From NCBI GenBank assembly GCA_016776635.1, contig JADHSZ010000006.1, positions 10,629 to 74,628 of the forward strand: a stretch of DNA of 64,000 nucleotides. The letters are read 5' to 3'. The notes under the pieces were generated by a model, which searched no databases, was not told the DNA's origin, and was given only the letters and a program-made list of their open reading frames with translations. This DNA is from Alphaproteobacteria bacterium (lineage in GTDB: Bacteria > Pseudomonadota > Alphaproteobacteria > UBA11136). Below are positions 18,056 through 27,645 of the stretch, piece by piece (within the stretch, counting starts at the first letter, position 1; every line of letters begins with the position of its first letter). The translations under genes and the position numbers were made by a program.

Positions 18056-20800
18056 CTACCTATTGTTGAACATGCCATCCGTGATCTGGGTGATGGTGGA
18101 TCGGACGGTTGCGGCCCGGGCGAGAATGGTTTCAAGCGTGATGAAACGGTCGAGAAGATTCTGCCGGTACAGATCCAGGCGCACCAGCCGGAGGTCGACC
18201 CGGTCCTGGATTGCAACGTTGGCGTCGTCGAGTCCGTCAAGATCGGCTTCAATCAGGCCGTCGGTGAGATCGAGGAACTGTTTGGTTTCGAAAAAGAGAT
18301 TGGCGCCCAGTCCGGTGGTGAAATCTATGGTGATGGCCGAACCCACGGTAGTGTCGCCGGTATAGAGAACCTTCAGTCCCGTGGCGTCGCCGGAGGTGAC
18401 GGTGATGATGTTGCTGACGACCGTGGCGGTGTCGCTGCCATCGATATCGGCACCGGTGATGGTGGAGCCGTTCGAAGTCAGGTTGAGGGTATAGCCTGCG
18501 GCCTTATAGGTGGTGTCGCCGGTGAAGTCGATGAGGGTGATGTCGGCGTTGCCGGGCGAAAAATCAAAGGCGAAGAGCTTTCTCACATCGTCGAGATTGT
18601 TGAGAAGTTTTTCGTCCAGCGTCGAGGTGTTAACGGCCAGATTATCCTCCAACAGGGGGTCGTCGAGGGTGGCGTTATCGACGAATTCGATGCCGATTTC
18701 CGCAAGCACCCTGTAGGTAAGGCTGCTGTCCTCGTCACTAAGGCCTCTGCCGACAATATTACCAAGCCGCTGCTCAATCTGTCTCACGGTCTGGGAATCG
18801 AAGAGAATCCCGGCGTCTTCGCTCTTGGCTCCGGTTTCGGAATCAACCAGGCGGTGGCTGTTGATGAACTGTTTGAGGGCGTTATAAGCATCCACGAAGT
18901 TCTGGATGGCGGTCTTAATGGCGCTCAGGTCCTCGTCCACCTCGAGCTTGATGGTTGTGCCTTCCTCGGCGGCGAACAGGGACAGGGTGACGCCCGTGAA
19001 CAGGTCGGTGACGGTGTTGCTGGTGCGTTCGATCACCAGATCGTTATCCATCCCCAGCTCGTTGAGAATACCGGTGGTGTCGGTGAGCGTAATGGCGGAG
19101 CCGTCGGTGTTGGTGATGACCAGCCGGGCGCCGCCGTTGGAGGTGACGATGGAGGCGGTGGTGCCGGAGCTTTCCACCGTGCCGCCCGAGCCTGAAATGG
19201 CGGTATTGATGTCGGCGGCGAGCTGGGTCAGCGTGTCGGTATTGACGATACCCGTTACGCTTACCGTATTCGATCCCACGGTGATGTCGAAACTGGCGGG
19301 ATAGGTTGTGGAGCTGGAGAGAAGCGAACTGAAGGGCGTGGTGGCGCTGGCGGCAAGATCGGATTCGTAACGGTCCGCGTCGGCCAGGCCGTCGGCGGTG
19401 AAGCGGGCGCTTTCGGAGGCCAGGAGCTCGTTGCTCCACTCGCTCGCGGTGGCGCCCACCGTATTCTCCAGGCTCTGCATGTCAATGTATGAGGTGGTAT
19501 TGGCCTCGCTGCCATTGAACGCTGTGCCCACGGTGAACTGGATGGTGATGGTGTTGGCGGAATTTCCTGAATCCGTCAGGGTCACGGTCTTGACGCCGGT
19601 ATCGTTAGTGAAGGAGCCCGTGAAGGTACCGGTGGTGATGGTAGTGCTGGAAGGGGCCGCCGCTATGCCGGTAAGGAGCATTCTGGTATCGGTGATGCCG
19701 GAGATATCGCCGGTGCTGCCGGTAATGGAAATGGTATTGATGACGGCGGTGCCACCGTCAATGGTGGCGGTATTGGCGTCGGCGACGATGTCGGCGTCGG
19801 TGAAGTTCTCGTCGATGATGATCTTGGCTCCGAAATCGCTGAAGGTTAGGGTTTCCGTTGCCCCCGAGGCCGGGGGTACCGATCCGGTGAAGACGGCGGT
19901 ATCGGTGGTGCCGTCGGACAGCTTGGTCATGGTGAAGGTATCGCTGGCCGCGGCATAGGTGATCTGGAAGGGTTCGTCGGCCTGGGTGCCGTCGAAGATG
20001 ATCTTGTCGAATCCCAGCGCGGTGGTGATCTTGCTGGCGCCATTGGTGGTAACACCGTTGCGGAAGGCGCCTTCGCCGTTGGTGGCGGAAATGCCGAGAC
20101 CAGACAGGATGGTGGCGGTGTCGTCGGTGATGATCATATCCGAGCCGGGCTCGTCGGCGGTCATCACAAGCACGAACTGGCTCGAGGAAATCTGGACCAC
20201 ACTGGCCGTCACCTTGGTGGCGCTGGTGCCGGTATTGGCGGCGTTGATCTTGTCGCGGACACCCTGGAGGGTGTCGGTGGTGGCGATGGTGATGGAAGAG
20301 GTTCCGCCGATGCCGCTGATCTCGAAGGCTCCCGAAACATTGAGGGCCGTGCTCTGACTCGAGAAGGTTGAGGTGGATATCTTGTGGGCGGCGGCCACCT
20401 GGCGCACCTCCACGGTATGAATGCCGGCGGCGGCGGCGTTGGTGACGCTGACCCCCACCAGATTGGCGGCCGAGGAGGGGGATTGTCCATCGCCGCGGGA
20501 TGTGGAGGCGAAAGTCTGTTTGGCGGAGAAGATGTCGCCGGAGTCCTGGAAGGTTACGGCGCCGCGCAGCGAATCCAGGGAGCTCTTGAGGGTCTCTACC
20601 TGGGTGCGCAGGGATTTCAGGGCCGCGATCTTGTCCGTGTTGTCTGTGATGCGGTTTTCAAGGAGGTCGATGGGGATGCGCTTGACCGCGGTCATGGTGT
20701 CCACGGCGGTCCGGAAATCAATGCCGGAGCTGAGTCCGGAGAAGGCAATCCGTCCGTTTTCGTCAACGGTAAGATTATTGAGATTGAGCGATTCGACCAT
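18056..20800 (-). CDS. fliD: Filament cap protein FliD (HAP2), unusually long (914 aa)
   Basis: FSGLSSGIDF N-terminus, VRQVAAAHK, TSNTVTDLFTGVTLSL, IQNFVDAYNAL, C-terminal LLDRFITLE. Confidence 0.92.
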   Translation of the reverse strand: MVESLNLNNLTVDENGRIAFSGLSSGIDFRTAVDTMTAVKRIPIDLLENRITDNTDKIAALKSLRTQVETLKSSLDSLRGAVTFQDSGDIFSAKQTFASTSRGDGQSPSSAANLVGVSVTNAAAAGIHTVEVRQVAAAHKISTSTFSSQSTALNVSGAFEISGIGGTSSITIATTDTLQGVRDKINAANTGTSATKVTASVVQISSSQFVLVMTADEPGSDMIITDDTATILSGLGISATNGEGAFRNGVTTNGASKITTALGFDKIIFDGTQADEPFQITYAAASDTFTMTKLSDGTTDTAVFTGSVPPASGATETLTFSDFGAKIIIDENFTDADIVADANTATIDGGTAVINTISITGSTGDISGITDTRMLLTGIAAAPSSTTITTGTFTGSFTNDTGVKTVTLTDSGNSANTITIQFTVGTAFNGSEANTTSYIDMQSLENTVGATASEWSNELLASESARFTADGLADADRYESDLAASATTPFSSLLSSSTTYPASFDITVGSNTVSVTGIVNTDTLTQLAADINTAISGSGGTVESSGTTASIVTSNGGARLVITNTDGSAITLTDTTGILNELGMDNDLVIERTSNTVTDLFTGVTLSLFAAEEGTTIKLEVDEDLSAIKTAIQNFVDAYNALKQFINSHRLVDSETGAKSEDAGILFDSQTVRQIEQRLGNIVGRGLSDEDSSLTYRVLAEIGIEFVDNATLDDPLLEDNLAVNTSTLDEKLLNNLDDVRKLFAFDFSPGNADITLIDFTGDTTYKAAGYTLNLTSNGSTITGADIDGSDTATVVSNIITVTSGDATGLKVLYTGDTTVGSAITIDFTTGLGANLFFETKQFLDLTDGLIEADLDGLDDANVAIQDRVDLRLVRLDLYRQNLLDRFITLETILARAATVRSTITQITDGMFNNR

Positions 20801-20890
20801 GACTGGCTATCTATCTCTTTCCTTCAGCGCCCGTACCCGTAAAAATTGTTAAAGAATTTGGATTTTGTGGAGGGCTGCAGGTAAATGAGT

Positions 20891-20905
20891 GCAAGAATGA
20901 TGCCG
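20891..20905 (-). promoter_or_regulatory. Sigma54 (-24/-12) promoter of fliD
   Basis: Minus strand CGGCAT-CATTC-TTGC, ~90 bp upstream of the fliD ATG. Confidence 0.6.
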
Positions 20906-21012
20906 TTTGGGTAACCTCAAACTCAAGGCGCACCTTGAGCGTATGTCATTTCATGACCGTTTCTGCACGAGCCCGCTAATCAACGGGAAAGCCTTGGGAA
21001 ACGTGGCGTTTC

Positions 21013-21378
21013 CTAGGCTTTCTCGTCGAACAGATGACCCAGCATCTCCTTTGTGCGCGCCAGCAGGCGGAGCATTTCCTTGGACGGATACTGGTCCACG
21101 ACTTCGCCGGTTTTGGCGTTGATGACGCGGCCGACAACCCTGCCGGTGACCTTGTCCACATCCATGCTGGAAGTGGTGGCGCTTGATCCGCCGGACTTTC
21201 CGTTGCTCGCATTGGCGGCGACGGGCTGACCGGGCGGGGTCGCGCTGGCCGTAACAGCAGCCGCGGCTGCCGGAGCTTGTGCGGCTGCCGGAGCTTGTGC
21301 GGCTGCCGGAGCTTGTGCGGCTGCCGAAGCTTGTGCGGCTGACTGAGCCGCGGGGTTTGGTGTACTAATGCCTTCCAT
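21013..21378 (-). CDS. flaG: FlaG family protein
   Basis: Between fliC and fliD; VDKVTGRVVGRVINAKTGEVVDQYPSKEML...LFDEKA; AGGAGG RBS. Confidence 0.85.
   Translation of the reverse strand: MEGISTPNPAAQSAAQASAAAQAPAAAQAPAAAQAPAAAAAVTASATPPGQPVAANASNGKSGGSSATTSSMDVDKVTGRVVGRVINAKTGEVVDQYPSKEMLRLLARTKEMLGHLFDEKA
21263..21341. repeat. 18-bp tandem repeat (~4.4 copies) encoding (AAAQAP)n in flaG
   Basis: GCGGCTGCCGGAGCTTGT three exact copies, one with a single mismatch, plus a partial copy. Confidence 0.95.
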
Positions 21379-21408
21379 TTTTTTATCCTCCTAATACGTG
21401 TGGAAGGT

Positions 21409-21434
21409 GGGGAGAGGGACTAACCCCTCTCCCC
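21409..21434 (-). terminator. Stem-loop just downstream of fliC (terminator or mRNA stabiliser)
   Basis: GGGGAGAGGG-ACTAAC-CCCTCTCCCC 10-bp stem; no strong U tail. Confidence 0.6.
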
Positions 21435-21446
21435 GATTCCCAAGCG

Positions 21447-23051
21447 TTACTGGAATAACCTGAGAAGGTTCTGCGGCAACTGGTTGGCCTGGGCCAACAT
21501 GGAAACACCGACTTGCACAAGAATTTGCTTGCTTGTGAAGACGCTCATTTCCGATGCAACATCCAGATCCAACAGGCTGCTTCGGGCCGCTTCCGCGTTC
21601 TCGATGGCGATCGCCAGGTTGTTACCGGCGAAGGTCAGTCGGTTCTGCGCGGCGCCAATAACCGCTCGCTGAGAGTTGAGCGTGTCAATGGCGAGTGAGA
21701 TCAGACCCGATGCGGTATTGGCCAGATCCACCGTGGTGATTTCGAGGGCGCCAGCCTGGTCCGTGCCCAGAACCCCGAGCGCCGCGGCGCTGGCCGCGGC
21801 GATGGTGAACGACAGATCATCGTACGACTGGGTGCCGGTGCCCACCTTGTAGGTGAAGACCGAATCGGAACCCGTGGCGGTGAAGGTATTGGTGACAACG
21901 CCCTGTCCGATGTTGAGGTCGATAAAGCCGGCTTCCGTGGCCGTGGTGCTCGCGGTGACGCCGGAAATGGACACCACGCCCAGCGTAATAGAGCCCACGG
22001 TAACGGCGAAGGTGCCGGTAGTGGTGATAGTGCCCGCGGACGCACCTGCGGCGCCGCCGAGGGCGATGATGTCGGACGCACCGCCGAAGCCCTGAACCAC
22101 GAGGTGGTTGGCGGTGGTGCCGCCAACGATCACGGCCAGGCGAAGCACGCCGGTATCCGAATCGTAGCTCGCGGAGTTGGCGTCTATGGCGCCGGAGATC
22201 GACAGCAGGTCGGTCACCAGAGAGGGGCTGTAGCTGGACCCCGAAGCCGCCGAGAAAGTGACGGTGGCGGCAGTGATATCGGCGTTGGCGGCAACCAGGT
22301 TGTCGCTGATGGCGCCAAGGGTGATATCGGTGGCGGTATCGAAGGTATCAAGGACGTCCACGGTGATACCGTTGCTCAGTGCCACAGTCAGCACTTCGCC
22401 ACCGGCCAGCGCGTTGACGGCGCTCGCGTCGAGGGTAGCCGTGGCGTTACCGAGACCGGTGGTGACGGTGGACTCGGTGTCACCCACCACGAAAGTGAGA
22501 AGGTTGGTGGAGGCCGTGTAAGTGACGGCATAGACGTCGCCCGTGGCCGGATGGATAGCCGTGTCAAACTCTACATTGGAGAGCCCGATATTGGCCAGGA
22601 CGGTGGTGGTGGTGGTGGCGTTGGACGAAGTGCCGGCGATCAACTGGGTGCCGTTGAACTCCGTATCGTTGGAAATACGGGTGATTTCCGAAGACAGAGC
22701 CTGGAACTCGGAATCCAGAACCGAACGTTCGGTGGTGGAGAACTGTCCCGAAGAGGACTGCACCGCCAGAGTCTTCATGCGGATGAGGATTTCGGCAATG
22801 GTGTCCAGCGCGCCATCAGCAATCTGCAGCATGGAGCCCGCCTGACCGGCGTTGTTGTTGGCCTGTTTCATGGCCTCGATTTCCGCCCGAAGACGGGAGC
22901 CGATAGCCAGGGAGGCCGCATCATCCTTGGCCGAGATAACTCGCTTACCAGCGGAAATCTTGGACAGGGAAGCCGTCGCCTCGCGGTCCGAAATAACGAG
23001 ATTTCGTTGCGCGACGTTGGCGGCAAAGTTGGAAATAATATTAAGAGCCAT
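21447..23051 (-). CDS. fliC: Flagellin (534 aa) with a Thr/Ser/Ala-rich variable region
   Basis: SLSKISAGKRVISAKDDAASLAI, MLQIADGAL, TEFNG, RAVIGAAQNRL, ARSSLLDLDVASE, MLAQANQLPQNLLRLFQ. Confidence 0.97.
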   Translation of the reverse strand: MALNIISNFAANVAQRNLVISDREATASLSKISAGKRVISAKDDAASLAIGSRLRAEIEAMKQANNNAGQAGSMLQIADGALDTIAEILIRMKTLAVQSSSGQFSTTERSVLDSEFQALSSEITRISNDTEFNGTQLIAGTSSNATTTTTVLANIGLSNVEFDTAIHPATGDVYAVTYTASTNLLTFVVGDTESTVTTGLGNATATLDASAVNALAGGEVLTVALSNGITVDVLDTFDTATDITLGAISDNLVAANADITAATVTFSAASGSSYSPSLVTDLLSISGAIDANSASYDSDTGVLRLAVIVGGTTANHLVVQGFGGASDIIALGGAAGASAGTITTTGTFAVTVGSITLGVVSISGVTASTTATEAGFIDLNIGQGVVTNTFTATGSDSVFTYKVGTGTQSYDDLSFTIAAASAAALGVLGTDQAGALEITTVDLANTASGLISLAIDTLNSQRAVIGAAQNRLTFAGNNLAIAIENAEAARSSLLDLDVASEMSVFTSKQILVQVGVSMLAQANQLPQNLLRLFQ

Positions 23052-23153
23052 TGTTTCGTCTCCTACTTGGATTTAACCCGGCTACCTGCTGGGCGGGGCC
23101 ACCTGGCCCCACCACGCCCGATCACGGACGCGGTTTGGTTCAGGCATTAATTA

Positions 23154-23168
23154 GCAAGCGCCGTGCCA
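23154..23168 (-). promoter_or_regulatory. Sigma54 promoter of flagellin
   Basis: Minus strand TGGCAC-GGCGC-TTGC, exact -24/-12 consensus. Confidence 0.9.
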
Positions 23169-23186
23169 TCCGAGGTAATTATGGTA

Positions 23187-23311
23187 TTTCAATTGGTTGG
23201 CGTGTTTTCCGGGTCTGATTAGCGAGGCCGGACGAGGGGGGAGCCCGGCAGAATTTTCCCACCTGGGAAGAAATTGCCGGGTCATTCCTGCCGGGTGGGC
23301 AGAATTTTCCC
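23187..23311. promoter_or_regulatory. IHF-like site and four ftr-like (FlbD enhancer) elements upstream of the fliC promoter
   Basis: TTTCAATTGGTTG at 23187; CGGCA-N5-TTCCC 23246, GGGAA-N5-TGCCG 23265, GGGTC-N5-TGCCG 23279, GGGCA-N5-TTCCC 23297. Confidence 0.65.
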
Positions 23312-23419
23312 CCCACATGGTCCCTCCATATGGTTCTCCATATGGTCACCTGGGATGACCCCCGGATATGTTCCCGTCCGGGGTCCGCGGGAGGCGCAGG
23401 GAGGTCCTAAAAAGCCCAC

Positions 23420-23455
23420 AAACAAAGACGGCCCGGGGCGATGCCCGGGCCGCCT
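23420..23455 (-). terminator. Intrinsic terminator after fliW
   Basis: Minus strand AGGCGGCCCGGG-CATCGC-CCCGGGCCGTCT followed by TTGTTT. Confidence 0.75.
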
Positions 23456-23488
23456 GAGCGGAATTACTTGGTCGATGCCGAGAAGGAA

Positions 23489-23950
23489 TTACGAGAGGGC
23501 GTGACGGATATCGTATTTGGGATCGGAGAACACGTATTGGCGGCCATTGCGGCTGTCGGCGTCGACGATGATGGGGGCCTTGAGGTTGGTGGTGATCTGA
23601 ACCTGTCCGTTGTCCTGGCGGATGGTGACGATGGACAGAATCAGGGCGTCTTCGGGGGCGATTGCCAGTTCCGTCAGCGCTTTGTTCATATCCTCGGCGT
23701 CGATGGGGCTGTCCTCCATCTGCAGAGGCAGCACGATGAAGGAAAGGTCGGGATCACTTACCGACTGCAACAGCTTGAACTGTTCCATGCGGGGATCGGG
23801 CAGGTTGATCAATCCGAACTCGGTGAAGTCGGGAAACCCGATCAGGCCCTGGGGAAGGGTGACGGGCGCGGCCTCAAAGGTAACGGAATCTGATTCGGCA
23901 TTCATCGTCACGTGCCTGTGCATGTTTTCGGAAGCAATTGAAGTCAACAT
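23489..23950 (-). CDS. fliW: Flagellar assembly factor FliW (CsrA antagonist); exact start uncertain
   Basis: LPQGLIGFPD..F.LI, FKLLQSVSDPDLSFIV, ILSIVTI, ITTNLKAPIIV, NGRQYV...YDIRH. Confidence 0.9.
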   Translation of the reverse strand: MLTSIASENMHRHVTMNAESDSVTFEAAPVTLPQGLIGFPDFTEFGLINLPDPRMEQFKLLQSVSDPDLSFIVLPLQMEDSPIDAEDMNKALTELAIAPEDALILSIVTIRQDNGQVQITTNLKAPIIVDADSRNGRQYVFSDPKYDIRHALS

Positions 23951-24064
23951 CTCTCTGTTTCCTTGTTCAGGTTACCAAATTCATCCAATTGGTCTCAATG
24001 TTTTCTTAAAGACCCCGGTAAAGAGGTGATCGCGAAAAGCCCTGTAAACTCCCGTGCCGTGCCC

Positions 24065-24988
24065 CTAGAGGAAGTTAATCAGGGACAGCTGGTTGATCCT
24101 GGCCACCGTGGCGAAGGACGCTTCCAGTGCGTTCTGATCTTCCGAAAGCCTGGTCATGGTCTGAACCACGTCCACGTTTTCGATGCCCGAGATTTCCTCC
24201 TCGAAGATAAGCCTGAAATTCTCGTGCTTGGACTGGACATTGGCCATGGCGGCGCGCGATCCGCCGATGGTGCTGACGACACCGTTGATTTCGTCTATGG
24301 ATTCGTTCACCAGTTTCAATGCTTCGGTCAGCGTGGTGCGGTCGGAGGGCGGGCCCACACTGACATTCGAGGCCAGATTGATGGAGCGCAGGAGTTTCTC
24401 GAATCCCGATTCATCGGCGGTAATGCCATAAGTGACGCTGAAATTGTCGTCGGCGCGCACCGAAAGTTTGGTGGTATTGCCCTGGTAATAGCTGGTATCG
24501 ACCGCGCTTGGCGCGCCGCCGGTGCCGGTGGCGACGAAGGTGGCATTGGTAACATCCACGGGGGCGGTATTGGTGGCGGTGCCGGAAAACAGGAACCGTC
24601 CGGCCACCTCTTTGTTGAGGAAGCCCGCCACCTGGGTCAGCATGCCGCCGGTCAGGTTATTGAGATCCTGGGAACTTGCGGTCTCGGCGTTGAGGCTCTG
24701 GACCAGGAGGGTGCGTACCTCGGTGGCTATGTCCGTAAGCTGGCTGACGGTGGATTCCATGACTTCCAACCGGTCGTCTACCAGCGAGATATTGCGCAGG
24801 AACTGGTCTGTTCCGTCCATGGTGTTCTTGAGATTGACCACCCTGGTGGCCTCGGCGGAGATGCCGGTAAAGCGCTGTGCAACTTTGCCCGAGGAAACCT
24901 GAATCTGGCGATCATAAAGGCGGCTGAAGGTTTCTTCGATCTGAAAACGGATCTGGTTGCTAAAAGCGAGGGTGCCGATACGTGTCAT
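24065..24988 (-). CDS. flgL: Hook-filament junction protein FlgL
   Basis: QVSSGK, LNKEVAGRFLFSGTATNTAPV, YYQG, IENVDVVQTMTRL...ALEASFATVARINQLSLINFL. Confidence 0.92.
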   Translation of the reverse strand: MTRIGTLAFSNQIRFQIEETFSRLYDRQIQVSSGKVAQRFTGISAEATRVVNLKNTMDGTDQFLRNISLVDDRLEVMESTVSQLTDIATEVRTLLVQSLNAETASSQDLNNLTGGMLTQVAGFLNKEVAGRFLFSGTATNTAPVDVTNATFVATGTGGAPSAVDTSYYQGNTTKLSVRADDNFSVTYGITADESGFEKLLRSINLASNVSVGPPSDRTTLTEALKLVNESIDEINGVVSTIGGSRAAMANVQSKHENFRLIFEEEISGIENVDVVQTMTRLSEDQNALEASFATVARINQLSLINFL

Positions 24989-25002
24989 GTTCTCTCTCCT
25001 CC

Positions 25003-27615
25003 TCAGACCATGTCGATCAGAACGTCAAGCAGTTCCGATGTTACCTGAATGACCCGGGCCGAGGCGTTATAGGCATTCTGCAGGATCACCATGTTTGCCA
25101 GCTCCTCGTCGATATTGACGCCGCTGATCTGGCCTTCGGTGGCTTTCAGGCTTTCCACCAAGGTATTCCTGAAGGTGAACTGGCTTTTTGCGGAGTCCGC
25201 CTGGATGGCGTTGAGGCCGAGGATGGAAGAGGCATAGCCGCTGAGGGTGTTGTTGGTGGGCGACTGGCTGCCGGCTCGCTGGAAGGCCAGGTTCGAAGTG
25301 AACTTTGCGGCCATGGCGAGCGCGACGGAATTATCGCCGGCCGCCAGCACATTGCTGTTGAGGGCTGGCGTGGCTGTGGAAAGCTCGCCACGGGCGATCA
25401 GACTCGAATCGTTGGCAAGGGAACTGCGCACCGAGATGTTCCCGCCGTCATTCTGGTTGTTAACGATGATGCCGATACTCGACAACAGGGTGCTGGAATC
25501 GGTGAGTAGAAAATTGTTGCCGTCGCTGTCCGTGATCTGCAGGCGCGAGTTATCGCCTTCCGAGATCACGCTGGCGCTGATGTTTTGTCCCGACAGGGTG
25601 CTGTTGGCGGTGATGGCGGTGGCGATTTCGGTAATCGTCTGGGCCGCCGTATAGGCCACGGTGGTACTGCCGAAAGAGCCCCGGAAAGTCAGGGTTCCGG
25701 CGGCGGAGGGCACGAAGGTGGACGTGGTCTGCGCTTCGGACATGAAGTCCGAGTAATTCTCGTCGGTAACGAAGAAATCATTGAGCCCGAAGAAATCAGA
25801 GACTCCCAGACTTTCACTGGCTATGGCCATGGTGGCGTCGCGGGTATGGCTGATGCCGCTGATGGCGATGTTGCCCTGGGCCCCGGCGCTAGTGGGGTTG
25901 TTGAGGGTGATGGCGGGGAAGGTGATGGTGCCCACCACGGTATCGGCGTTGCCGTCACCGGTGGAATCCACGGCCACTTCCACCGTGCCGCCGGCGGCGA
26001 GATCGGCCGAAGCGGTGCTGACGGGGTCACCTATGGCATTACCGGCCGCGCCGCCCACCGTGCCGAAGGCGAAGTTGGAATCGGCCGTCAGGACCACGGT
26101 GCCGGGGCTGCCCGCGGTGGTGGAGATATTGAGATTGAGTACGCCGTTGGTAAGCAGGCTCGTCACCTTGTCGCCCGCGGCCTGGGAAATGGATTCCGTG
26201 GCGAGGCTGATGGTGGTGGCGGGGAAAGCGGTGATGGCGCCGGCGGTGATAGTGACGTTGGCGACGCTTACCGTGCCGCCGGTGCCGAAGGATCCGTCCA
26301 CGCCGGTGCCGTCAATGACGATGCCGTCGGTGGCGGTAGTGGCCTTGATTTCCAGTTTTCCGGTGGAATTGAGACTGGCTGTGGCGTCCGTCAATCCGGA
26401 AAAGCCCGTGACGTTGGTGCCGCTGTTTATGGCGTCGAGGAAGTTCTGCACGGTCAAGGTGCCGCCGCTGGCGGACGTCAGGGCGGCCAGGTCGATGTCG
26501 ATATAATCGGGGGCGGTGCTGCCGTTATCCGAATAGGCGCCGGTCTCATCTACCACGGCGATGCGTACCGTGCCGTTGATCGAGCCGGTGGCGCCGATGA
26601 TGTCGCTGGCGGAGAATGTGTGCGTGCCGGTAAGGGTATTGGGTGGTGGAAAGGCGCTGCCCTGGTTATGCACGGCGTTGATCTCGGTTCTCATGACACC
26701 GGCAAGCTGGTCCAGCTCCGAGCTTAGCTCCGTGATGCGGGTATCGCGCATGAAAATCAGGGCGGCCAGGCTTCCGCCGGCGATCTCGGTGGTGATGTCG
26801 GTGCCGTCGGCAAAGGTGATCCCCGCGATACCGCCGATGGCGAAAGTGACGCCGGCATCCATGGAAGATGCGGCGAGATGGGTCAGTGTCTGGACCTCGC
26901 GGTCAATCAAAGCTCGTCCCGTGGGCGTGAGAACGACGACCTCGCCGGAGGCACGGGTAAAGGTGGTGACGTCCATGAGTTCGGCGATTTTGTCGATGGC
27001 CGCGTCTCTCTGGTCTTCCAGTTCACCGGCGGGGAGATCGATGGCAATGTTGCGGGCGATCTGGGCATTGAGATTGTTGACGATGGTGGCTTGTTCATTG
27101 ATGACGATAACCGCATCCGCGATTTCGCGGTCGGCCCGCAAACGCAGATCCTGAAGGTCCGAAGACATCTGATTGATCTGGCGCGTGAACTCGGTGGCGG
27201 CACTGACCACATTGAGCTGTTGCGAGAGTCCCTCCGGCGCCAGGGAATAATCTTCCATGGTGCTGGAGATCTCGGCGATGGCGCGCGAGATGGAGGCGTC
27301 ATCGAGCACTGACCCGAACATATTCTGCATGCGGGTGTAGAAATTGTTGAGTTCCTCGAAATTCCCGAGGATGGAGAGATTGTTGCGTAGTTCGGTGATA
27401 AGGAATGTGTCCACCTCGCGGCGGATGGAGCTCACCTGTACGCCGGCGCCGCGTCCCGCGAGAACGCGGCTTGTCTGAATAACGGTCTTGCGGTTGTAGT
27501 CAGGGTTGTTGACGTTGGCGATATTGTTCGAGACAGTCTCAAGAGAGGACTGCGTCACCTGCAAGCCGCTGACGGCGTTCTTCAGTGCGATGCTGATTGA
27601 ACCGACGCTTCCCAT
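25003..27615 (-). CDS. flgK: Hook-associated protein FlgK, long (870 aa)
   Basis: AVSGLQVTQSSLETVSNNIANVNNPDYNRK, LEDQRD, SGVNIDEELANMVILQNAYNASARVI. Confidence 0.95.
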   Translation of the reverse strand: MGSVGSISIALKNAVSGLQVTQSSLETVSNNIANVNNPDYNRKTVIQTSRVLAGRGAGVQVSSIRREVDTFLITELRNNLSILGNFEELNNFYTRMQNMFGSVLDDASISRAIAEISSTMEDYSLAPEGLSQQLNVVSAATEFTRQINQMSSDLQDLRLRADREIADAVIVINEQATIVNNLNAQIARNIAIDLPAGELEDQRDAAIDKIAELMDVTTFTRASGEVVVLTPTGRALIDREVQTLTHLAASSMDAGVTFAIGGIAGITFADGTDITTEIAGGSLAALIFMRDTRITELSSELDQLAGVMRTEINAVHNQGSAFPPPNTLTGTHTFSASDIIGATGSINGTVRIAVVDETGAYSDNGSTAPDYIDIDLAALTSASGGTLTVQNFLDAINSGTNVTGFSGLTDATASLNSTGKLEIKATTATDGIVIDGTGVDGSFGTGGTVSVANVTITAGAITAFPATTISLATESISQAAGDKVTSLLTNGVLNLNISTTAGSPGTVVLTADSNFAFGTVGGAAGNAIGDPVSTASADLAAGGTVEVAVDSTGDGNADTVVGTITFPAITLNNPTSAGAQGNIAISGISHTRDATMAIASESLGVSDFFGLNDFFVTDENYSDFMSEAQTTSTFVPSAAGTLTFRGSFGSTTVAYTAAQTITEIATAITANSTLSGQNISASVISEGDNSRLQITDSDGNNFLLTDSSTLLSSIGIIVNNQNDGGNISVRSSLANDSSLIARGELSTATPALNSNVLAAGDNSVALAMAAKFTSNLAFQRAGSQSPTNNTLSGYASSILGLNAIQADSAKSQFTFRNTLVESLKATEGQISGVNIDEELANMVILQNAYNASARVIQVTSELLDVLIDMV

Positions 27616-27645
27616 TTTCTTCCTATCCCTACTTTTCTCTGTCGC

